Assembly: GCA_964016885.1 (NCBI GenBank)
Contig: OZ024742.1
Location: 138,260,001-138,324,000, forward strand
Reading direction: 5' to 3'
Source: Eledone cirrhosa
Taxonomy: Eukaryota
Length of the DNA: 64,000 bases
The notes beneath the pieces were generated by a model. That model ran no database searches and was not told the DNA's origin. It was given only the letters and a program-made list of their open reading frames with translations. A program made the translations under genes and the position numbers. Below are positions 1 through 14,659 of the stretch, in pieces; position 1 is the stretch's first letter, and each line of letters starts with the position of its first letter.

Positions 1-647
1 AGACACATAAAATTATATGAATGTGTATACAAAAGTTATATATACTAGGACAAATATATATTACTGGCTGATATTCTACGAGTTTCTGTGACTAAGTAAG
101 AACAGGTTCTAACACGATGTAACATAATAAGGAACGGGTATATATTCCAATGATAACAGGGTTGCCACCTAGATAGCCATTAATTATTGAAACCTCATTC
201 AATATGATCTTTGCCCATCTCTCGTTTATTAGTTTCATAACTTTTTTCTTTCAGCTTCTAGATATTATAGTATACACCCGATCCGGTGTGAAGAATTCTG
301 ACCTTAAATATATAATGTCTACCATTATACCATGCTGAATATAACTGCTTAGGCTGGCTTCATAGAAAATTCATTGCGATGTTATTCAAGACGAGAAATG
401 TGGTGTACTTAGTATCAAACAGTTGGATCCTGCTTTGCTCTCATGAAATAACCATCGGCTCAATCAAATAGTTATGTAAGCTTAAGTAGATAGTGTGCTA
501 CTGCAATGTTCATTCATTCTTAAGAGCCAAATTTATCAAAAGTAACAGAATGTATAACGGTCAGAAAATGTATGGTGGTTACATTTCATAAACATGCCGA
601 TTTTGTATATTCCTATCTATGAGATATGTGTTTGTATAAAACACACT

Positions 648-838
<191 letters not shown>

Positions 839-903
839 GAAAGGAGTTAGCCGAACGAGGATATACGAAATGTACATTACGGATTGTTATTGATATACGC
901 ACA

Positions 904-1035
<132 letters not shown>

Positions 1036-1373
1036 ATAGAAAACGACAAATCAGTGATGCAGCTGAACTCAATTTATTGTGTGTTACAATTATTTCGCCG
1101 GCGGACAGTTCGAGACGTGATCATTGTGTGGATCTGTCAGAGTGAGAGAATATGCTCTGAAATGATTAGACGTGTCCGTCGAACCTGCGGGTCCAGAATC
1201 AGACAGATCCACGCAATGATCGCGAATCTAGCTGTCCGGCGGCGAAACAATTGTAACACACAATAAATTGATTTCAGATGCATCTGATTTTTCGTTTTCT
1301 ATACTATCATACTCTGCTCTGTAAGAGCATACATTGCTCAACCGGCATACCGCCTATGGAAGCATCTTAGCTA

Positions 1374-1380
<7 letters not shown>
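1036..1380 (+). mobile_element. Fold-back PLE-like terminal fragment (inverted arms 1036-1138 / 1202-1302 plus tail)
   Basis: The arms are imperfect reverse complements. The element lies between (GA)n and (TA)n tracts and contains an HHR-like motif. Confidence 0.6.
1172..1259 (+). ncRNA. Decayed type I hammerhead ribozyme with 61-nt stem II
   Basis: gtgt-CCGTCGA-[1183-1243]-GAAAC-aatt-GTA-acac. Stem I is gtgt/acac and stem III is the palindrome ACAATTGT. The core deviates from CUGANGA at positions 4 and 6. Confidence 0.55.
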
Positions 1381-1435
<55 letters not shown>

Positions 1436-1480
1436 TATATATACATATATATATATACAGTATATTTATATATAATACTG

Positions 1481-1586
<106 letters not shown>

Positions 1587-1718
1587 AAATACGATTTCGC
1601 TTCAATATGTACAGAAATTTCGTATTTCGAAAGAAATACGATTTTATGAAGCCATAGCTATGCGAACACCGGGGGCTAACGCCCCCTGGTGTTGTCCAGG
1701 AGAAGCGAGGGGGACAAC

Positions 1719-1758
1719 AGCCTATACTTTTCAGGCTTGACTGGCCATCGTCAGGACG
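1719..1758 (-). ncRNA. Hammerhead ribozyme motif (minus-strand copy)
   Basis: The minus strand reads cgtc-CTGACGA-t-ggc-cagtcaa-gcc-t-GAAA-agt-ATA-ggct. Confidence 0.55.
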
Positions 1759-2002
1759 ATTCCTCCCATTGCTCTGCGACTGCTGGACTTGAAAACAGTC
1801 GAGAATATATAGTTTTCTCGTCTGTATAAATGAGGTGATTAATCTCATTTGCATATGAAGCTGCATAAGTTGGCTCAACTTATAATAGAAAAGAAATAGG
1901 ATTTCGCTACAATCATAGCTTTATACATGTATTGAAATTTCGTATTTCGAAAGAAATTCGATTTTAGGAAGCCGTAGCCGTGCGAACACCGAGGGGCTAA
2001 CG

Positions 2003-2042
2003 CCCTCTGACGATGGCCAATCAAGCCTGAAATGCATAGACG
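2003..2042 (+). ncRNA. Hammerhead ribozyme motif (plus-strand copy)
   Basis: CTGACGA-t-ggc-caatcaa-gcc-t-GAAA-tgc-ATA-gacg, with palindromic ATGCAT in stem III. The gacg would pair with the cgtc seen in the other copy. Confidence 0.55.
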
Positions 2043-2157
2043 GTTGTCCCCATTGCTTCTGCTGGACAACACCAGAGGGCGTTAGCACCCCGGTGTTCGT
2101 ATAGCTACGTCTTCCTAAAATCGTATTTCGAAAGAAATACGAAATTTATATATATAT

Positions 2158-2917
2158 ATATCAACTAGAAATTGATTGACATATAATTAAACATATGAAA
2201 CAATCACAGGGGATAATTTGTAAAAGTGTGTAGGCACACATAGCTAGGTAGGTAACTAAATAAAGTTTAACTAGAACTTCAAAAATAGATACCTTATAAT
2301 TTGATTAATTTAATTTGATTTAATTTAATTTAATTCAATTTATCTTAATTTTTTATATATATAAATACGGTCCCTTAATTGTAGAGCTAACTCAGTTGAA
2401 AGGACTGCTGTTTCTAGTTGTCGATAACCCTATTCACGCCACTGGGACAAAGCTGGTATGATGTGTGTATTTTTAGTGGATACAGCACGTGTTACTGGCC
2501 AGTTGCTCATTTGAACTTGATGTGTAAACACAGATCGCTCGACCTCTTCCTTGTTGAAAATCCAGGACCCGGCTACTGTCGTTTACCAATCGATTATTTG
2601 GTGAAATATATTTCTTTAATGGAATATATACGAGGAAGATTAATCAAATTATAAGGTATCTATTTTTGAAGTTCTAGTAAAACTTTATTTAGTTACCTAC
2701 CTAGCTATGTGTGCCTACACACTTTTACAAATTTTCCCTTGTGATTGTTTCATATGTTTAATTATATGTCAATCAATTTCTAGTTGATATAAAATGCTCG
2801 GATCTACTCATTAGAATCTTGGAGCATATTTTACGGATGATATGGCGCATGTCTATCTGACATGACACACTTAATTTAATTTGATTTAATTTAATTTAAT
2901 TCAATTTATCTTAATTT

Positions 2918-2920
<3 letters not shown>
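2158..2920 (+). mobile_element. PLE-like terminal fragment with 150-bp inverted arm
   Basis: 2158-2308 is the reverse complement of 2640-2790. About 2309-2352 repeats about 2876-2918. TA-flanked. Confidence 0.6.
2545..2639 (+). ncRNA. Hammerhead-like motif, U3-A8 core, ~60-nt stem II region (decayed)
   Basis: A 9-bp stem I (tcttccttg/cgaggaaga) flanks TTGAAAA...GGAA-TATATA. Confidence 0.45.
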
Positions 2921-2949
<29 letters not shown>

Positions 2950-2951
<2 letters not shown>

Positions 2952-3035
2952 TGAATTTGCTTTACCAGGTTTTTGATGTGAAATCGTGTGTTGAAACAAA
3001 TATTGTTATATTTGGGGAGGGTCATGTTGTTATAA
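2950..3035 (+). repeat. Short interspersed repeat family (aaatcgtgtgttgaaac..atattgttatatttggggagggtcat)
   Basis: Related copies lie at about 5540-5812 (-, split by a SINE), 24115-24167 (-), 25285-25410 (-) and 26590-26690 (+). Confidence 0.75.
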
Positions 3036-3039
3036 GGAT

Positions 3040-4562
3040 GCGGAACCAATATTGCTAGCAACTACAGGATCTCCTACTTCCGCTCCATGATCCCCCCCCC
3101 CACACACACACAATTAACATTCCCCAGATGTATGTGACAGTACAGAGGACCTCCTCAACAGAATCAATGAACGCAACAACAACGAAGACTTAACAAACTG
3201 CTAAATCGGCAGTATGGATGTAGTGTCCTTGTACCTATCCATTGACATTGATTTTGCTTTCGAAAATGTGTGGAAATAATCAGTGAAAGTGAGGTAGAGT
3301 TCTGTGATGTTAACATTGATGAACTGGGCCTCCTACTTAGACTTACATGTGACAGTGAAATACTTAAATAATTATGACCTTAGCAGTTTCTGTCCCAGTA
3401 GACCAATAAGAGGTAGACCCCACCTCCCCACCATAATTTCAATAGCTAAAAAGATTCCCTCAGGAAGATGGAATAGGTGGACCAAAGCCATACGGACACC
3501 CAAGAACAATGATCAGGTGAGAGAAATGATCGCACATGCGGTAGGGCCAAGTATTAAAACTACCCTAAAGGGCCACATGTTTAAATTTAATGAAATAATT
3601 TACACCAGCATCAGGGAGCGACCATTAGTGTCAACATACCTGGCGATGTTGCTAACCTATTTATGCTATGGTGGGAAAGAAGATCCAAAGAACTCCTAGA
3701 AAAGAACTCCATAGCCCTCGTCATGTACTTTCGTTATGTAGATGATATCAATATAGTAATAAAAACATCCCCACAAAAGAGTACCAATAAAGCTAAATTA
3801 GAAACTAACAAATGAAGAGCATCCAGTAGATAGCTAATTCCATACACCAGAGCATAACAGTAACTATTGACTACCATTCTAAACACCCTAACAATAGACT
3901 ACCAGTTTTAGGCACTGAACACTGGTTAAACGCTATAAACGAGAAGACCCAAATTCTCCAATCACATTATGCTAAACCCAAGGCCTCTAAATACATTCAC
4001 AAAACCTGAGCGATGTCCAATAGAGCTAAGTTTAATATTCTGATCGCAGACCTGGTATGAATGATAAAGAATGTGTCCCATTTCACTGGAAAGAAACATA
4101 CAACACTTCATCAATCGCATGCAGCTCTCTGGCTACAACCAAAAAAACAGAATCAGGGTGTTATAGGAGCGACGGAGAAATATAAGACCCTCATAGAGAT
4201 GGACATGAAAGGGATTTGCCCATCGTACCGGAGCAAATCATGGAATAGCATAGATAGGACTAAACATTAGATAGGGAAATCCACTTCATGGTACAACAAC
4301 CAGAGATACGAGAGTGTCATTTTTATGGATGCAACCTCTGGAGGTGAATTAGCTAACCAATTGAGAAAGGCACCAGGAAAGACGCATTTAAAGATTAAAT
4401 TGGTAGAAAAGCCAGGAACTACCATAAATCCCTGATCAGCAAAACTTACCCCTTTAAGAAAACCCACTGTACTAATAAGAAATGTGTTATATGTAGAATA
4501 AATCCGCAAATAAATTTTAAAACTAGAGGTGTAGTCTATAGCATAAGATGTACAGAGGGTAC
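3040..4562 (+). pseudogene. Decayed Penelope-like retroelement RT plus start of GIY-YIG region
   Basis: Broken frames give GSMDVVSLYLSID (~3208), FRYVDDI (~3729) and KTRGVVYSIRCTE (~4520), with many stops and frameshifts. Confidence 0.8.
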
Positions 4563-4586
4563 TATATAGACTATATATATATATAA

Positions 4587-5436
4587 AAAATCTTTTCCTG
4601 AGTCCTGTATTTTCGTTGCTGTGGTAATGCGGCTGAACTGCCGATCGCTATATTTGATTTGCTAAGCTGTCTAAACGTATTGTTATTACTCTGGGGTACT
4701 ACCCCCATACGAGTGCTAAAGCTACATACCGAATTTGCATTCGTTAGCGTGGCCGCAAACTAAAGCTTCGTTTATGCTGCACTAAAATTTGTATTTTAAC
4801 TCAGTGAATTAACGATTAACTGATTAATTTAATTAGATGAATCTATTGATTGATTAATTGTTTATGTTTGTTTGATAATTTCTGGTTGAGTGCTTAATTC
4901 AGTTTGTCTAAAGGAATTTCCTTCCTTTGTCTCAAATTTGAATCCACCACCAAAGCGGGGGTTACCTCTCTTGAAGAAAACCACGTGTCTACAGCGAAAT
5001 TCACTGCTAGAACATACCCGCAGAGGCTAAAGAACACAAGACTTGCTGAAGAAGTAAATCCTTTGTTCTGTCGCCAAAAACCATTAACTAGCAGACACCT
5101 GCAAGCGGAATTTGTCGATCTTGGATTTGCAGAAACCTAGCGCTGATATTGTGTGCTGTATCTGATGTATGTCGTGTGTTATCCGATATGCATTATATAT
5201 TCCATTCAGTCCCATCGTTTTCTCCAGGTCAGTCTAAAATCTTTTCCTCAGTCCTGTATTTTCGTTGCTGTGGTAATGCGGCTGGACTGCCGATCGCTAT
5301 ATTTGATTTGCTAAGCTGTCTAAACGTATTGTTATTACTCTGGGGTACTAACCCCATCCGAGTGCTAAAGCTACATACCGAATTTTCATTCGTTAGCTTG
5401 GCTACAGCTTCGTTTATGCTGTACTAAAATTTGTAT
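4587..5436 (+). mobile_element. Terminally redundant ~650-bp non-coding element with central HHR relic (retrozyme-like / non-autonomous PLE)
   Basis: Direct repeats 4587-4794 and 5236-5436 (offset 649). CTGAAGA(5046)...GAAAC(5132) encloses a gtaaatcc/ggatttgc stem. TA-flanked. Confidence 0.6.
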
Positions 5437-5576
5437 ATATATATATATATTTTTTTTTTAACCGAAGGTCAATCAATGATAAACATTCATTACCAGCTAA
5501 ATTAACTATGGGGATAAAAGTATACAGAAGCAAAAACCAATCCACACCAAACAGTGAGTGGGGTGTATTATTATTT

Positions 5577-5760
5577 GGCGGTGGATTGGCAGTATCGGTA
5601 GAGGGTCGGACGCCATGCTTTCCAGCATAGTTACGTCCCTTTATGATCTGAGTTCAAATCCCGCCGAGGTTGACTTTGCCTTTCATCCTCACGGGGTCGA
5701 TAAAATAAAGTACCAGTAATGCACTGGGTAATTGCTGGCCTTGTGCCTAAAGTAGAAACA
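5577..5760 (+). mobile_element. tRNA-derived SINE (cephalopod-type, Nin-like core) with 10-bp TSD
   Basis: A-box-like tggcagtatcgg, B-box-like gagttcaaatccc, and core gactttgcctttcatcct..ggggtcgataaaataaagtacc. TSD attattattt at 5567-5576 and 5761-5770. Confidence 0.85.
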
Positions 5761-5829
5761 ATTATTATTTCTGGCAATATTATAACAATATGACCCCTCT
5801 CCAAATATAACTATATATATATATATATA

Positions 5830-6441
<612 letters not shown>

Positions 6442-7102
6442 TATATGTATATATATAAAGATATATCTATACTTGTATATCTGTGTTTATATAAGTATAT
6501 GTAATCTACATATACACCCTCGCCACATCGACTCACTATGCGAAGGATATATTGTAAACTTGAATTGGAACGATCTACTTTTAAACAATCAGTTTCTCTT
6601 TTATTTTTATTGTATTAAATTCAAAGCGCATTACCTTATTTTCAATCGGTTTGGGGGGAACCTTCATTATTTTGCTCTTTTGTTTCGAATATTGATTTCT
6701 GCTTGTTCGAGCCCTGTTGTCTTTTTTCGGTTTATTTATTCATTTCTTTAGAAGTATGATGCGTCTTTATATTTCATTTATTTCGTATTGATTATTTAAG
6801 TTTTTGATGTATATTTCTTTTACGATATTTTGTCTTCTTAACTTTCCTCATTTCTTCTTACATTTTCCTAATCACTTGCCGACGGCTTTTTGTTTAATTT
6901 GCTATTTATTTTTTACTATTTATATATGTTTCTGTGTGTATGTTTGATTGTTATTGCAGCGGGTTGGTATTGTTTGTCTGGTGGTGAAGTTTAATCTTCT
7001 CCGTTTTTCTAACCACAAAACTACAAGGATTCACATAAACATACCCGTTCATACTCCCCCACATACTTATATACATACATACTATATATATATATACGTA
7101 CA

Positions 7103-7209
<107 letters not shown>

Positions 7210-7263
7210 AGAGTATTGAAGTTTGCTTGAAGCATTGTGGAATAATAAGATATATTTTCTTTA

Positions 7264-7938
7264 GGTTGTTTTGGAAGCCTCAACAATGCAGATGGGTAAT
7301 TCTCCGGGTAGCAAGATCCGGTGGTGGAGAGAGAGATGTAAGTAAATGTAGATTGAGATGTATAGTGTGTAGAAGAACGTAGGAAAGAGCGTAAAAAATA
7401 AAAATAATAACACGAGATAGAGTTACCTTGGGAGAAATTTAATTGTCCCTATATATTTCGGATTCACATCCATCAACTGGGGGGGGGGCGAGGTTGTCTG
7501 TCGGAAAGGTGCGAAACGTGTCCTCCGCTGTTCGTTGCTTTGAATATCTGAGGTATTCACCAGAGCGCGCGTGCGCGATAAATGGGGGTCAGTCACCATT
7601 TCACGCGCACGCGCACTCTGCTGAATACCTCAGATATTCAAAACCACGAACAGCGGTGGACACGTTTCGCACCTTTCCGACAGACAACCTTTCCCTCCCC
7701 CCTTCCCCCCGGAAAACCTCCCCAGTTGATGGATGTGAATCCTAAATATATAGGAACAATTAAATTTCTCCCTAGGTAACTCTATCTCGTGTTATTATTT
7801 TTATTTTTTACGCTCTTTCCTACGTTCTTCTACACACTATACATCTCAATCTACATTCACTTACATCTCTCTCTCCACCACCGGATCTTGTTACCCAGAG
7901 AATTACCCACCTGCATTGTTGAGGCTTCCAAAATGACC
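7264..7938. repeat. ~675-bp near-perfect palindrome inserted between (TA)n tracts
   Basis: 7264-7585 is the reverse complement of 7596-7938, with few substitutions and one indel in a G/C run. Confidence 0.92.
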
Positions 7939-7995
7939 ATATATATATATATATATATTTATATATTTATATGTACGTACATCATACACAGATAC

Positions 7996-8123
<128 letters not shown>

Positions 8124-8687
8124 CGAGTTGGTCGGGCAATTTGAATTTAGAAAAGTTGAAATCCAAATATCGATTTATTACCATATCATAGAAAAGCATG
8201 TGAAATGCACATAGGAATAGAAAATAAATGGCCAGCATTCCCTACACAGAATCGAACTCTGTAGATCTTGAATTCTGGGGACGTGCGTTACCTTTTTAAT
8301 GCCAAATGACAGCTGACAACAATGCCTGTCCAAATTAGGAACTATATATATTAGATTTAGTGGATTCAGCCGGAGGAAAACAAATGTTACGGCTTATCGA
8401 GGTGTTTGGATGATTTGTAATCCAAAGAAAGATTCACTACTATTAAAATAACGTTAAAAAATAGGGCAAAATTCCCCTTTGGGACACAGAATAAAGGGAC
8501 AGTAAATACTACAATGAATTTTGGGGAGAAACTGTTGTTAGCTGCCATTTGGCATAAAGAAATATCAGAGTTAAAGAATTCGATTCTTTGCAGTCGTTGT
8601 TGGCCGTTGATGTTAAGAAGCATTGGAGAAATTTGAAATGTGTGCGTCATAATTGTTTTGTAAGCCGTTATATATTATAATTGACTA

Positions 8688-8719
<32 letters not shown>

Positions 8720-8785
8720 GGAGAGAGAGAGAGTGTGTGTGTCTGTGTGTGTGTAAGGTAGAAAGGTAGATAAGGAAGGAGAAAC

Positions 8786-9855
8786 TCTTCTTCTTCTTCT
8801 TCTTCTTCTTCTTCTTCTTCTTCTTCTTCTTCTTCTTCTTCTTCTTCTTCTTCTTCTTCTTCTTCTTCTTCTTCTTCTTCTTCTTCTTCGCCCACTTATT
8901 CCTGGGGTCGTGGAAGCAGAGTCCTCAAACACTCCTTCCAGCGAGTCCTGTCAGAAGCAACCGTCTTCAAACGATCCGGCTCATCGATGTTATCCAACTA
9001 TCTTGCTCAGGGTCTACCCTTGGGTCTACTGCCGGTTGGTTTTACCCATAAAATCTGTCTACCGATTCTTTCTTGGGACATTCTAATCACATGCTCATAG
9101 TAACGGAACTGTGATCTTTCAATTCGGAGGACTAGCAGCTCTGCCTGTAGTGACGCCCTGATCTCCGAGCTACGCCCTCTATTGAGTAACGTTACTCCAA
9201 AGACCCTTTGCGCGAACCCCATTTTGGCCACTTGTATTCCCGATCGTATTCTTTGGGATTACCAAATGCTGAAGCTGGTGCATTACTGCATCAACTCCTG
9301 CAATTCTTGCACGTAATTCAGCTCATTGCCTTCCATCACTCGTAAACACGGTCCCGAGACATTTGACCTACTCTACCTGCTTCAGTGGAACTCCATTTAC
9401 ATATAGTGTGCACTGCGCAGGCTTGCTTGGGAGGAATATTGTCTCAGTTTTCGCTGCACTGAATTTCATTCCAGACATGCAGCACTCGGCATCAAACCTA
9501 TCGAGTGCAAGTCGAGACCTCCTTCTGTCGAATTAAGTAACACCATGCCATTTGCAAATTCCAGCCCACTGATTTTGCACCCACCAATCAGGATACCACT
9601 CCCAACCCGGCTGTAAATAATGAACAGAAGAGGGAACAGTACGCACCTTTGGTGGAGTCCGACTCCCACATTGAATGGTTTCGATTTAGCATCGTTTATC
9701 TGAACACTCGCATTTATTCGAATATTCGGGCATTCCCATAGAGACATTAGGGCAGCCAACAAGAAGCTGAACATCGATCCCATAATCATGCAGAACCTTC
9801 ACATCAGGTCCCGAGGCACCTGGTCATATGCCTTTTCAAGGTCGACAAAACAAGT
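8786..9855 (-). mobile_element. RTE-clade LINE, 3' fragment with (GAA)n tail
   Basis: RT-like VGLHQRCVLFPLLFIIY and C-terminal IERSQFRYYEHVIRM...GSRPKGRP. The (TTC)n at 8786-8889 lies at the element's 3' end. Confidence 0.8.
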
Positions 9856-9863
9856 AGAAAGTC

Positions 9864-9894
<31 letters not shown>

Positions 9895-10864
9895 CATGTG
9901 TGTACGTGTGTGTGCGTGTGTGTCTGTATGATTGTGTCTGTGTGTGTGTGTGGAGATGGGGAGTTCAATGAATAAATAAATAAATAGGCATAGAAATATA
10001 GTGATATTTTCAATGATCACTTATTAATGCATTTTTTGTTTGAGTACAGAAGATTGATTTAACGAATTGTAGATGCCTTACATGATGAAATAATAATCTT
10101 CGTATTTTAAGCTGTCTGTATGATACTTCCTATAGCTTGATATACTGAAGGAAAAAGATTTGAAAATAACCGTCCATAGACACATCAAAATATCTCTCTT
10201 AGAGATGCAAACCAACTTGAATTCTGCGTACATGGGGAAAACTAGCATATTAGCGAAATGTCTTTTAACTACATAATTTAAATTATACATCTCACCCATC
10301 TCCATCACCAATCTCAATTTTCATTTATGGTTTTCTTCTACTCTTTGATCTTAATTTCTTCATTGCATCGAATTTGCAATAACGATGGAAATTTTAATTA
10401 AGCCTGAAATGAAATTAAAATTTCTATATTTGTCCCCCAAACTAAAAATATATTGATCAATGTCTCTTCACAAGAATTAATTACTGTAAGTGTTATCTTT
10501 GTACTAGTGCAGCTGTGAAAAAAAGTTGTAAATGTCTTCGTTTTGGAGATTTTTTTTTGTATTTGTCGCAATATGATTTTATTAAAAAATAAATAATAAT
10601 GATAGTGAAAGCGTATCTACTATCGTGTTATAAGTATAATATACTAACGTATCACACCTAACGCTAAGTTTCATATCTGCGAGTTAATCTCTCCAAACTA
10701 TACGAACTTAGTTTATATTCGTATATATATAGTAACTAACCTCTTATTTTTCTTTATTTTCCATCACATAATTCTTATATTAGTCACACACACATGTACA
10801 CCTTTCAGTTATCGACAATTTGAAACAGGAGACTTCTTTCCTTTAAGACATAGCGAAGACGAGC

Positions 10865-10948
10865 ATGAAATTTACGATTTCTGTCATGATACTCGTGAAT
10901 TTGCTTTTCCATTTTTCCTTTACGATCCTGATTCAGAATTGTGTTCCG
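10865..10948 (+). CDS. Candidate first coding exon of a host secreted/membrane protein (MKFTISVMILVNLLFHFSFTILIQNCVP)
   Basis: Acceptor cctttcag| at 10808, agcATG start, hydrophobic signal-peptide-like stretch, phase-0 donor ccg|gtaaat. It lies in non-repetitive sequence. Confidence 0.4.
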
Positions 10949-13335
10949 GTAAATAAAGAAACAGAATGTTGGCATTTCACACGTTCGATTAATATGGTGT
11001 TAAAATAAAACAGAATTTCTTTTACACATTACACATTATAACATTAAGTTATAAATTTAAAAAAAAGAATATTCCTAAAAAAGAAAAGATTGGAAACTCT
11101 AACAGGCAAACACGAACATACCATACATCCTTAACCACATGTAATTTATTGATTTGATTTACATCATTATTTCTGTTATTTAATCTAAAAACAATCATAT
11201 ATTCCGTTTTTATTATTTTTAAGAAGAAATTATTATATTTCAATAAATAAATTATAAAGAAATTATTATTGTTTTTCTTTTAGTGTTTATATCAGCACTT
11301 TAACATTTTCAATGCGTTTCTTTCTCAAGGTTATATCATACATTAAAATGTCCCCAATCTGGAATTGTTCCAATCGATTCTTCTGATTTTACATTAATGA
11401 AAGTATTTAAATTTAAATCCGTTACACTTCGCGTCGATTTAAATTTGTAAAACACATTTCCTTGCAGCGTTTCGTTTCTTTTGGATATGTATGATGGATT
11501 CATATAGACACACTCTTATGAGTTCCGATAAATGCCCGTTCATAGATTTAGACTGAGCATATAGACGATAGTATTAAAATCAAACAATAATTATAATTTT
11601 AATTCACAGGAAATTAAACACATCTTGATTCATCTTCTGACGTTGAACTTAAATTGATATCATGTATGAAATAAATGATTTATATTCAAAACTTTTGTCA
11701 GATGAAATATATGAAATATGATCACGAAGATTTCATGTTTATAATTATGTGACTAATATGGTGAGTTCTTTTACTTATCGCACAAAGCGTGTGCTGAAAC
11801 CTGTTTATAACAGGATTAAACATGTTATAGCTTTATTTCTAAGTTTTACGCAAAATATTTTAAACATGATGTCATCACAGGCTTGAATCTAACATGCCGT
11901 CGTTAATCTTTTAGGTTTGATTTGGAACCATAAAGTCGGAATTGATATATTACAAAAGTTTGCTAGATAGACAGCGACTCATTCGTAGTCTCTGAACCTC
12001 CTAGCTCACAACAGTATCCATTTAACTTTGACATATCTATCGTAGGTCGGAATGATTACGCATAATAATATATGTTATACAGATATTTGTGATTTTCAGT
12101 AATGATTTAAAACTCGCACGCACAACATATCCACCAACTAACTGGTATGGTATGCGAAGTATGAGTGCATGTAGTGTTTTTTTTTAAGACATTTGGTTGT
12201 AATTATTGGCACACCTAACGAATATTTAGGCTTCTCTGATAATATTATGGAAACATTAGACTATTGATTCACTAATATTGTAGAATAGAAACCAAAGATA
12301 TTCGCCAGCAACTCAACCTTGATAAATAAATCTAAGGCGAGAACGAGCGTTACAAATATAAAAGATTAACGGAGACCACTTTTCATAAAATCTAACAATT
12401 AGCATAGTATTTATTTTCTGATTCTTACCTCTCCGTATGCAAAGCATTCTAGATACAAATTATAGTTCAATATAAGAATTCTATTAAATAATAAATCAAA
12501 CGGGTTGTGTTTTAATTTTGCTTTTTTGTTTAGATTTAATGTAGACGATGGCAAGTGATTTTTCCTATAAAAGAACAAGAGTTGTTTTCTCTTCAGAAAT
12601 AACTCACCTTATGTAAAATGCTATATTTATGTTTTTACTTTTCATTTTTTTTTCTTAGTTAAATCATTTCCACATTTCTACCAGATACTAGCTTTATTGC
12701 CAAGTTTCCTCTCATCGAGAGACACACATAAGCAACGCCATTGGCATTGATGAGAGAAAAGTTCAATAATTTACATAGACAAAAAAAAATAAATAAAAGA
12801 AAATTAAAATAAATGTTGATGAAGACAGTCGACTTAAATAAATGATGCCGAATTTTGCCTATAAACAAGTTAATTAATTGAATATTAAAAGTTTATTCTT
12901 AGTTTGTTCTACAAAAATAATAAAAAGAAAAAAAGATTGAAAGAATGTTTCCATAAATACATGACACATTAACCAAGATACTTTCATGAATAATTTAAAA
13001 TGGAAAAAAGATTATTGAAGTCTGGACAGACGGGAAAAAACAAAGTTGACTATTAAGCTAATAGGTTGAAAGAAAAGTAAGATAGAGATAATGTTTCAAG
13101 TATTTATACATATACATTAAAAAACATGCTTTAGCCGCCCAGTATGTCTGCTTTCTAATGTTTTATCTGTGATATTTAAATCTTAAATTTATGTGTTTCA
13201 ATACATTGTCAGTTATATATTTATAACAGTATTTCGTTGATATTTACACATACACATACATGCAGGCAGACTCACATACACAGTCGCATATATATATATA
13301 TTATGTTTTGTTTCACACACACACACACACACACA

Positions 13336-13415
<80 letters not shown>

Positions 13416-13599
13416 CTGTATATATGTATGGACCCATAAAATATGATGGAGTTATAGCGGTAGCATATTCACGAACAGGGTTTGTTGGACATTTTAAAAG
13501 CCTGGTAGAGCCCATCTCCTCTCCTGATGTGAACACAGCGGATTTCTGCCATGGAACGATAGAGAATGAGAGAAAGGAAGTGAGAAAGAGATATAGAGG

Positions 13600-13750
13600 A
13601 AGAATCAACCCCAGTACTAGACTGGTACTATTTTGTCAACTTCGAAATTATGAGAGGTAAAATTGACCTAGGTGGGCGGTTGGAATTACAGAGACACTGA
13701 ACGGATACAGGATGTGTGACGCAAGAACTTTGACGAACTAACGAATTCTA
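13600..13750 (-). mobile_element. Old, diverged SINE copy
   Basis: The reverse complement resembles the SINE core (ggtcaattttacctctcat...aaaatagtaccagt...ctggggttgat). Confidence 0.5.
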
Positions 13751-14659
13751 GTGGTGGAATCTGTCCATGATAACAGCAGACCCGTTCTTAACTACACTAT
13801 AGTAGTGGGAGAAGTTTTACGTTGTGGCTGCATCACGTGACCTGCTAAAGAGTTAGACTTCCTCACTAGGACAAAATACACGATTGGCGGTTAAATTCTA
13901 TATGGGCACAGAATTGTAAACAAAACTTGAGTTGAAAAACATTGTAAAAGTTTGAAAATTGACATGTAGTCATCCAAAGGCAGTAAGGATCATAATAGTT
14001 GTCGATCACTATAAAAATCGTGAAGAATAAAGTGTAATATTCTATGGAGGAAGGAAAACATGAACAGATGCGACGGCGTGGAATCGGGTATTGCATTCTA
14101 GCTCATATCTGTGTCGGGCCGACTAGATTTCTCTCCCTTCCCCTCTCTCTCTCTCTCTCTCTCTCTATTTCTCTTCATATACATATATCCGTATGTTATT
14201 AACGAACGTAAGAAAAAATACTCAATTCCGAAGTATAGTTTAATTATTCTCTTAATATGGCTAAGTAGTTAGCCTTGTTACTCTAGAGTCTCATAGGAAC
14301 ATCTGATAAGGTGAAATGTTTCAATAACAGAGACAATGTAAATAGAGAAATATTCAAGGGAAGGGGGTATAATGGGTGGAAAGGTATTTTTAAATGGGTG
14401 TGTGAGGGTGGAGAGGAGGGTGTTATGCAAAAAAAAGGCGAAGGTGTGAATAAGGTGTGTGTAATGATGATGGTAGGAATTACCAATAGAAGTGAAAATT
14501 CGGATGATTATGGTGCTGATCATGAATGGACATATATCAATAGGTGGGTGAGGATTAATTAAAATGCTTACTCAAAATCATTTATTAAGAATAAAAAATA
14601 ATTTAGAATAGTCTGATGGAGTGAATCTAATGAAATGGTTCAGCACATTTATTCTAGAA

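Noticed and set aside
5577-5670. tRNA gene
   Set aside because: The A/B boxes belong to a multicopy SINE head, and there is no cloverleaf.
11702-11760. Exon between a good acceptor and a gtgagt donor
   Set aside because: All three frames contain stops.
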